Shown: positions 1 to 7,210 of the stretch, piece by piece
How positions within the stretch are numbered: position 1 is the first letter of the stretch
How the letters are laid out: each line of letters begins with the position of its first letter
Origin: Vitrella brassicaformis CCMP3155
Lineage: Eukaryota; Protista; Chromerida
Direction of reading: 5' to 3'
Length of the DNA: 9,517 nucleotides
NCBI GenBank assembly: GCA_001179505.1
Contig: CDMY01000940.1
Location: 1 to 9,517 of the forward strand
Notes under the pieces: generated by a model
What the model was told of the DNA's origin: nothing
The model's database searches: none
Seen by the model: the letters and a program-made list of their open reading frames with translations, nothing else
Program-made: the position numbers and the translations under genes

Positions 1-736
1 GCAATCTTTCTCTTGTTCTCCACCTTCGTCGTGTTCGAATTCGCATTTTCCCTCGGCATTCCTTATAAAACCACTACGGCACTGCAAACAATCCCCCTCC
101 CTCTCGCCGCACTTTCCACAGCGGGATAGCTGGCAGCCTCTTCGTACCACGTCGTCCATCTTCTCGCAGTCAAGCCTGGCGCTCTTGACTCCCAGCTCAA
201 AGCTCATTTTCTTAAGAGCAGAACCATCTTTGAGGACGCAACGGCCGTCGATGTAAAACGACAATGCTTGGCATTTGGGTGTCGTGGCACATTGGTGATG
301 ACACTCAGCGAAAGAAGAAACAAGCCTGAGGAGAAGAAGAAACGACGACGGATGGAGGGAGGTGGAGGCCTACTTAAGGCGCACACCCTGCTTCCGCGAC
401 GTCGTTTGCTTCGCCTTCACCGATGACCACGTCACTCAACACCCTGCACTGGTACATATCTGAATGACGACACACCAGATATGCAAAGGACAGATAGCCC
501 CCTTCCTCTGGAGTCTGCTCACGTGGGCAGTTTGTCCCGCGCAAAAAAAAGCCTGCCTCACACAGCTCACAAACCTCTCGTCCGTTGGCCGCCTTCCCAC
601 ACTTCTCGCAGTGCTTCTGCTTCGTTGAGCATCGCCCTTCTTCCAGCACTCTGTCTGTAATGGGGCGGGCCCGAATGTTGTCTGAAGCCGCCAGCGCTGC
701 TACTGCCAGCATCAGAAGGGTTGGTCGGAACGCCAT
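1..736 (-). CDS. Secreted Cys-rich protein: signal peptide + furin-like Cys-rich repeat + PAN/Apple domain + second Cys-rich repeat (microneme/adhesin-like); 3'-partial
   Basis: Manual splicing gives exons 736-523, 459-387 and 325-<1. Introns are 522-460 (GTGAG...TTCAG, 63 nt) and 386-326 (GTGTG...pyrimidine tract CTCCTCAG, 61 nt); phases are consistent. The product starts MAFRPTLLMLAVAALAASD (signal-peptide-like). It continues CSTKQKHCEKC...CELCEAGFFLRGTNC, then a 6-Cys apple pattern CRVLSDVV...VSSFAECHHQCATTPKCQALSFYIDGRCVLK...GVKSARLDC, then CQLSRCGKC...CLQCRSGFIRNAEGKC. The frame is open to position 1. Confidence 0.85.
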
Positions 737-847
737 GGAGCAAAGCGTGTATGACATATATGCACGTCATGGAATTTAACGGCCGCACGTTTCGCGGGGG
801 TTGTGGTTGATTTGCACCAAAATACACCCAGCATCCAGCCAGCCACC

Positions 848-1215
848 TCACAGCCCCGGAGCGGGGCTGGTGTGTGGCCTGTATGGCCCGCGGCTGACGA
901 AGTCCTCGGGAAACGCGCTGGCCCTCCGTGGCCCTCTGGCGGCCGCAGCGCGCTGTGCACGACTCGCCGCTTGGAACGCGCTGTGCTTCATCAGCTCGAC
1001 GGACAGAAGCTGGCTCCAATGGTTGACGATGGTCTCCCGGAAAGCTGTGTCCTCCTCCGTGGGAATGGATGTGGGGCGACGCTTCCGCGTGGCGAGCATC
1101 TTGAGAAAGTCCATCGTCTTCTCTCCCCATCTGCCAAATGTCTCCGCAGCGAGGGGCACGAACCGGAAGCCAGCTGCTTGTGTGGCAGGGCCATACTTGT
1201 CCTGGGAGAGTCGAT
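848..1215 (-). mobile_element. 5'-truncated 3' end of a CRE-like non-LTR retrotransposon (RLE C-terminal region), copy B
   Basis: The frame extends upstream of the called ORF: DKYGPATQAAGFRFVPLAAETFGRWGEKTMDFLKMLA...WSQLLSVELMKHSA, stop at 848-850. This matches the KY...F-x-P-x3-E-x2-G-x-WG...(R/L)-I/L-S-V-x-L pattern of CRE-clade RLE C-termini (recognised from memory, not by HMM). Confidence 0.75.
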
Positions 1216-1277
1216 TGCATATTTACATCTAAACCAAAAGCATTCACTGCCTACCCCCGTACACCCACTCGCTGCAA

Positions 1278-1700
1278 TCAACTAGGGTGGAAAGGCCCCC
1301 GCTCTGGCAGCACCTCCTCAGCAAACCCTGCCCTCTCCTGCCCATTCCACCTGCTCGCCCGCCACGCCCTGCTCCGCACCATGTGTGCGTAGCCCTTCTG
1401 CAGCAGTACACTAATTCGAGCCCACCACCTGTCCACTGCTGTCTCACGTAAAGACTCCACATCGCCTTCCTCCATATAGACAGGTGGCCGCATGTGCCGA
1501 GCCATGCGGTTGAGGAGGGCAGCCGCCTCGTCCCCCCACCGTCCGTAGCCCTCCGTCGACAGTGGGATGACGGTGAAGTTGCTTGCCCTCGCCTCTGTGC
1601 CGTATTTGCTGTGCTTCCTGTCGGCCGCGTTGCGCAGCGCCTTCCGTCTTCTGCTCCGTTCTGCCTGTTGGTGGCCGCGTGGTGTGCGTTGCCACCTCAG
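1278..1700 (-). mobile_element. 5'-truncated 3' end of a CRE-like non-LTR retrotransposon (RLE C-terminal region), copy A
   Basis: ALRNAADRKHSKYGTEARASNFTVIPLSTEGYGRWGDEAAALLNRMA...RWWARISVLLQKGYA, stop at 1278-1280. There is a probable frameshift just upstream of KALRN. The RT and the catalytic PD..D motif are absent. Confidence 0.8.
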
Positions 1701-1839
1701 GCACAAAACACACCCACAAAAAAAGTGAGTGTCAAAGACACCACAGGAACAGACAGAGATGTACGTCACACCCTTCTAGAGAGTGAGGGTGTTGACATCG
1801 AACTGTCCACAGCTGAGACAGCTAGAGAAGGTCCTTCAG

Positions 1840-2150
1840 TTGTGAAATGCAGTATCGCAGCCGATGCTCACGCTGAAGCTGTCGATGCTCTTCATGTTTT
1901 TGGAGACTCTGCAGCTAGTCGACTGCAGAACAATCGCCCGAAACAAGAGCCGTCTCAAAATGGCAAACGGGGCCGAAGTGCCTATCGCCGGTGAGGGCGA
2001 GGTGGTCCTTGAGGCAACCTGAAAGCCACCAACAGAACAAAAAGCCTACACGGCAGTGCAGTACCAAAGGCGCACAAACTGCGATTGATAAAGTGTCTCT
2101 ACGTGCCTGACCTGAAGTACAATCTACTCTCCGTCAGCGCACTAGAAGAT
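1840..2150 (+). mobile_element. Degenerate Ty1/copia pol fragment (aspartic protease / beta-barrel region)
   Basis: Three collinear motifs are split by two frameshifts: VFGDSAASR (D at 1905-1907, cf. DSGAS), LKMANGAEVPIAGEGEVVLEA (from 1954, +1 frame), and LIKCLYVPDLKYNLLSVSALED (from 2085). No integrase, RT or LTR is recognisable. Boundaries are approximate. Confidence 0.8.
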
Positions 2151-2282
2151 GCATACAAGACGCGCATGGATAGCCCCACTGTGTACAAAAGACCACACAC
2201 ATATTTATGCGGAAGGGAGATGGCACCTGCTGCTCGCGAGGACAGGTCCGCGAACAGAAACCACATGTGAAACACCTACAGA

Positions 2283-2760
2283 TCATGGGAAGTCATGACA
2301 GACATAATGACCTTGGAGAAGACACCCATGTGGGATCCAGAAATTCTCGGCTTCACACCTTCCTGACCGTCGTACCGACGCCCCATTGTGTTGTTTCTGT
2401 CGATGATGTGTCGCTTGTGCGTGCGCCCTTCTTGAAGGTCCCTGCACTATGAAGTTAGTGCGCAAGCTTGATGCTCACCTGAGTTGCCTGGGATGAGAGC
2501 GATGGAGAAGTTGGGGTTGCTGCCATCACAAACTCCTCAGGATTGCGACTTGCCTCCACGAGTGACCTCGCGCGTCTGATCAGAAGAGACACATGTAGAC
2601 ATACACACACTCACACCTTACACACTTCGTCTGGCTGCGGGTACGGGTGTAAGTGTATACTGCATATGCCGCATGCGTTCATTCTCTGGACATTGTCATG
2701 GGGATTTCCACTCAGGTGCAAGTTCCTCCTCCTTGTCTGAATTCTGGATCCGGCGGGAGG
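2283..2760 (-). other. Unassigned exon-like segments downstream of the C-type lectin domain (probably part of the same disrupted gene)
   Basis: Intron-like segments at 2616/2614-2576 and 2478-2442 (GTGAG...CACTAAC...TGCAG, only 37 nt). One join gives GVCDGSNPNFSIALIPGNSG-TFKKGARTSDTSSTETTQWGVGTTVRK, preceded by an in-frame TGA at 2539-2537. No family recognised. Confidence 0.3.
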
Positions 2761-3122
2761 TAGGCCCCGTTGACAGCGCGGATTCAGAATGAGTGAAAGC
2801 GGACAACGGGTGTCGCAGCTTCATCTGAAACCATTCACGTGTTGCCCTGCCGTCATCTCGGTTTGTCCACCGCCCCCCTAGCGACGTCTCTCCTATTTCC
2901 CAATGACTTACTGGTTCTGTGACAATAGTTTTGACTAAATCTGAACTAAAAAAACTATAATTACCCTGCTGGAACCGCTGTGCATAATCACCGGGCTGGA
3001 GGGGGCGAGCTTGAGGTGTCGCTTGCACAAGTAACATCTTGCCAGTTCTTGTCTCATCTGTGTAAAATGCCGTCCTTCGTGTGGTTTAGGTTGGACCTTT
3101 CCGTGGTATTTGTAGCGGGAGA

Positions 3123-3836
3123 TTCGCACAATGCGCGGAATTTGTGAGTGCATGCTTCATCACCCACGACGCCGTGCGGCAGGATGGGCTCTAAGTTGGT
3201 ATTGACTAGTCCTCCCCGGCCAAATCGAGCTGATATAGTAGGCGCACCTCTGACCCTCATTGCGATAGTTGTCGGGCTGCCTCGTGGGACTACCCCCCCA
3301 CCAATTTGTGCCTACATAATGCACACACACGAGACGCATCACAGGCAGGGAGGATGCACATGATGTCCTGGTCAATTTGGACGCAGTCGCAGTCAGCTAC
3401 GAACCGAAAAACCATGGCGCAGCCTTTCCTTTTGGATTGCTCGCAAATGTCCAGCAGCTGTGGTTAAGGCGTTGAGTGGCAGGGTCGCATTTCTGTGAGC
3501 CATACGACACGAGCCGGCAATTCACATAGAAATGCAGCAATATATAGCGCCTATGCATCCCTCTGTGTGATTTCTGCATCGCCTATGCAAACCTCTCTCA
3601 TGACGATGCCGATGAGAAAAATGATGTCTTTTTTCCTGCCGCCAACATCTCGCGTAGTATTGAACATTGACTCCAAATCAGCCTACGACACAACGGTCAG
3701 CAAGGTTTCAGAAATAACCGTCCCTGCTCGGACCGCTCGTTGGTTCTGCGAGCTTGCCACCCCTCACCCGGCACGTGTCCTGGTGGCCAAAGTAGTCATC
3801 ATGCTCAGGCTGGATCTCATACCGGAAATAGCGGCC
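3123..3836 (-). pseudogene. C-type lectin domain gene with QPD motif, frame-disrupted
   Basis: Ordered CTLD motifs: GRYFRY...HQDTCRVRGGKLAEPTS (3836-3735). Exons 3682-3593, 3492-3405 and 3311 onward splice in frame across GT-AG introns of 100 and 93 nt. They give ...IIFLIGIVMREKCDPATQRLNHSCWTFASN...PWFFGTNWWGG...RQPDNYRNEGQRCAYY (QPD at 3279-3271). GDEACTHKFRALCE (3164-3123) follows in a different frame. At least two joins need frameshifts. Confidence 0.75.
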
Positions 3837-4306
3837 TTTTGTGGTATTGTCGGCCTCCGTGCGGCGGGCGGGAACGAAGCGAGAAACCGTGGGTGGCGCC
3901 GGGTGCCTTGAGCCCAAAAATTCCTCGCAGGATCTGTATCCTTAGTAACGATAGTAATAACTGAGAGTAGAGTCAGTAAGAACAAACTTGGGAAGTCCAT
4001 GTGGGAATTCTCACGGCGTCAAACGGTCGACTTTCCTTTTTTTTCACTCCGATTGGGTTAGGCAGAAAATTCGTCTTTTGGCGACGACACGGCCACCACC
4101 GTGGACGCGTGATGTTTGTGGTGATGATACTTTGATCTCAGGGCTTCATTCCCTTTTCCAACGAGATGTGCCGTCCGAGCAGGAGATCGTCGTTCCCCAG
4201 CCCCGCCACCCCAGCCTTCTTCCCCCACAACTCGTCCATCTCCAACCATACTGCACCATGCATCCAAACACGGTAAGCGGCAAAAAGGGAAGGTACATGC
4301 GTGTTT

Positions 4307-4339
4307 TGTGTGTGTTGTGTGTGTGTGTGTGTGTGTGTG
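4307..4339. repeat. (TG)n/(CA)n microsatellite
   Basis: Pure (TG)12 at 4316-4339, with an imperfect extension to about 4307. Confidence 0.95.
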
Positions 4340-4381
4340 CATCAGTGTGCATCTTGCTCTTCTTATATTCAATACCCTTTC

Positions 4382-5300
4382 CACGACCTGGACCCCCGCG
4401 AACGATAGCGGCCCATTTCTCTTTTCTGTTTTCCTCAGCATCGGCACTTCTCGGCTTATCTGAGCTCCCGGACGACGCTCCCAGTTGATCGGCTCCTTCG
4501 TCTCTGCTGTGGGCCACAGCATCGGTATTTCTCGTCTCATGTGTCTTATTGTGGGCTGTGGACGACAATTCCAGCTGAGCGGCTCGTTCATCGCTTCTGC
4601 GCCCAAACTTTGAAACTCCCCGCCTCATGCACGACATTCGCGGCCCTCCGCACGACATTCGCGGTCGCGCCGAACCTTGGTCTCATCTGCGCCCTGGCAG
4701 CGGCACTTCTCGTCTTATCTGGGCCCTTGCCACGACATTCGCGGTTGAGCAGCCCTTTCGGCCTTTCTCTTTCCTAACAGCGCCTGAGCAGCGGCACTCT
4801 GCCTTGTCTCAACTCTCGGGCACGGCATTCGCGCGGATGCGGCGCTTTTGTCCCGTCGGTGCCTTGCTGTGGCACTCTCCGTTATCTCGGCTCTCACACG
4901 GCACACTCGTGAATGCGGCCCTTTTGATTGCTTAAGTGCCCTTACAGTGACACTATGCGTTGTCTCGGCTTTCACGCACGACATTCGCGTGGAGGGTGCT
5001 CTTTCGATTTTTCTGTGCCCTGACAGTTGACTCGCCTTTTGGCCTCCTCTATTCTCTCGCGCACAATTTTCTACTTGTATTATGGTTGCTCTCGCGTTGA
5101 CATTCGCGCGGCAGTCGTGCGGTGGGGCCGCCCCTCCGCACGACATTCACGCTCCGCAGCGGCACTGTGTCCTATTTCAGCTCTCACTCACGAAATTCGC
5201 ATGCCGGCCCTCTGGCCGATCTTGCCCTCGCGCGGTATTCGCAGTGCGACGACGTCTCCTGTCTCATCCGGGCCTTGCGGCGGAACATTCTCGTTCTATT
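4382..5300. repeat. Degenerate GC-rich tandem array; about 8 units of 76-90 bp, then shorter units of about 42-50 bp
   Basis: The motif CACGRCATTCGCG or variants occur at 4382, 4471, 4561, 4630, 4651, 4731, 4821, 4897, 4977, 5098, 5139, 5189, 5231 and 5281. Most units also carry a GCAGCGGCACT...TTATCT-like motif. An outlying copy is near 5780. Confidence 0.85.
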
Positions 5301-5817
5301 GATGCACCGACGCACAGGGCTTATCCAGGGCCCGTGAACGTGAGCATTCGTGCAGAAGCGCGTCTGCGGCTTTATTCAATTTCATCGAGGCTCTTCCTGG
5401 CTTGCATGGTGGTCCCGCATGTGACACTCGCGAACTAGCGGTTTTTGCTGTTGTCGGTATCCGCATCACATCGCACGTGGGTGCGACTGTGGGATGTATC
5501 TTTGTCGTGTTGGGCAGAGGCGATCGGTCTCTGTCCTTATCGTGTCTCAGCGCTAGGGTCTATCCAGCGATACACTTCGTCTTGTCCCTGCCCGCATTAC
5601 AAGTGGCGGCACAACTCTTGCCGTCTCTGTCGGTCTCTGGTCGGAGTTTTCGCACTGGACATCGCCCGACAGCGAGTGTCTGTCTCCTGTCAATGCCCTT
5701 GTGTCGGGATAGTGACGCTATGAAGAAGCCCGCAACGGACATCGAACGCGGCGCACCTGCTCACGCCTGACAAGCGTAGGCAGCGGCACCTTTTCGTCCA
5801 CCTTTTCGTCTCTGTTT

Positions 5818-6378
5818 GTGGTCGATATTCTGCCGTCCAAAACCTATCAAAGCCTCCGCGTTGGGCTGGCGCATGGCAAGGCTCGCCAGTGGAAACTATT
5901 ACCTTTGCACGCTGCATTGGTGGGGCAGGAAGGCTTGGAAGATGCCATTGATATCACGAGCAAGGTATCACAGACCCTTCTCTTTCATGGCTGTGTGCCC
6001 CTCCTTGAGAAGACAGAAGTCGCATATTATCAAAGTGAGACTTCCCTCTTACGGTTGCATCGTAGTCCAATACTGCTACTAGCCATGTCTTTCATCATCG
6101 ACTGCGAGGAAGGCAGGAAGCCAATCACCATCTCTTTCTTCATCTCCTCCTTCCCTCTTTACGCCTCACACCACCGCACCTCCCTCTCTCGGTCCGCTGG
6201 GCGAGGTGGGATGTGGGCGTTGCCCCGGGCCCTGAGCTGTGCAGGGCCCGGGGCGTTTCTCACGTATTCTCACGGTGATCTGTCGCAAGGCGAGAGTCCT
6301 CTCACCACCATCGCATTGCGACTCGGCGTTCGGCGGCCGGCGTCGCAGGGAGGGAGCTGGCGGGAGACGGCCACCTGA
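5818..6378 (+). other. 186-codon ORF without recognisable homology (GTG start; may be non-coding)
   Basis: Length only. No motif recognised, and ORFs of this size are common by chance in GC-rich DNA. Confidence 0.15.
6222..6254. repeat. Perfect 13-bp GC-rich inverted repeat with a 7-nt loop
   Basis: GCCCCGGGCCCTG (6222-6234), AGCTGTG, CAGGGCCCGGGGC (6242-6254). Confidence 0.9.
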
Positions 6379-7210
6379 GCCCGGCGAGCGGACGAGCAAT
6401 CTGCCCCGATCAGTGTACCCGATGGCATGCACCCGAGAGTGGTCTTTTCTTGTACACGGGTGGCTCATGCCAATCTTCTCAATGGGAAGGTTAAGGCCCG
6501 CTCAATCATCAATAAAGCACCCTATTAATGAGTCACCAGAGTACTGCGTCCATTCACCGCTGATCGAGAATGGAGCCCTTAGTTGGTCTGCACAGCCGGA
6601 TCTTGGAGTCCCGGAGTGGGGGGTCGCGCTATGGTGACTATGGCGAGAACCGTGACTGAAAAACGTGATAAAAGCCGTTGCATCGGATATTGTTTTATCA
6701 CTTGCTAATCGGATTTCGCAGACGGATTTCGGCAGATGTCTTTTTTCGATGGTGCGGTTTCTCAAACCCGAGCTGGTAAGTAGGGCCTCTACATCACGAT
6801 TCGCCTGTACACCATCATGTCTCCCAGGGCAGAGATAATTTCGGCCTCGCGACACAGCGCTACCCGTCCGCTTTCCCTGCCGTTCGGTGTCAGACGCAGC
6901 CCCCGTGCCGTGTCTGACTAAGCACCTTTAAAACGAGCGGCCTCTCGGCGAGTCAGCAAACAGTGTCTGTACGAATGGTGTCTCCGAGTGCTCCTTGTTC
7001 GTCCTATTAGGACACTGGCCAGCAATGTGTCCATATAAGCAGACATGGTGTATTCAGCAGGAAGAATATGAGCGCAAATTTCCAGACACCCTTAGAGAGT
7101 GCGCTTGGTCTATAAGTGTGTGCACTTGACTTACAAAGCTGATAATCTGTCCCTCTCCTCATTTCCTGCCTACCTTCGGGACATGCAATATGACCTACGA
7201 CCCTGCAGAC

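Noticed and set aside
817-823. Minus-strand ATTTTGG (Sm-site-like) within the motif next to the CRE tails, hinting at an SL/snRNA target
   Set aside because: A 7-mer is too short, and no spliced-leader exon, donor or snRNA-like stems are visible around it.
567-1392. Long overlapping ORFs 567-1247(-), 801-1232(+), 803-1285(+) and 1138-1392(+)
   Set aside because: These are alternative-frame or antisense shadows of the GC-rich CRE-like fragment; no motifs.
3495-3911. Plus-strand ORF with RVVLNIDSKSAYD...RTARWFCEL, resembling retroelement RNase H or RT motifs
   Set aside because: It is the in-register antisense of C-type lectin exons that have proper splice sites and ordered motifs on the minus strand; no other RNase H/RT motif flanks it.
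3907-3921. Minus-strand ATTTTTGGGCTCAAG, similar to the 3' part of the dinoflagellate/Perkinsus spliced leader (CCATTTTGGCTCAAG)
   Set aside because: It needs two insertions, lacks the 5' CCGTAGCC part, has no following GT donor, and lies in apparent coding sequence; probably chance.
3988-4658. ORFs 3988-4488(+), 4058-4606(-) and 4146-4658(-)
   Set aside because: They run through the (TG)n microsatellite and the tandem array, giving CVCV/HTHT low-complexity text with no recognisable domain.
4630-5000. CRISPR-like recurrence of CACGACATTCGCGG with intervening sequence
   Set aside because: The intervening segments are homologous to each other, the repeat is only about 14 bp, there are no cas genes and the context is eukaryotic; it is a degenerate minisatellite.
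6770-6870. Minus-strand LCREAEIISALGDMMVYRRIV, reminiscent of protein kinase subdomains III-IV
   Set aside because: No Gly-rich loop, VAIK, HRD or DFG nearby, and the frame is closed by stops.
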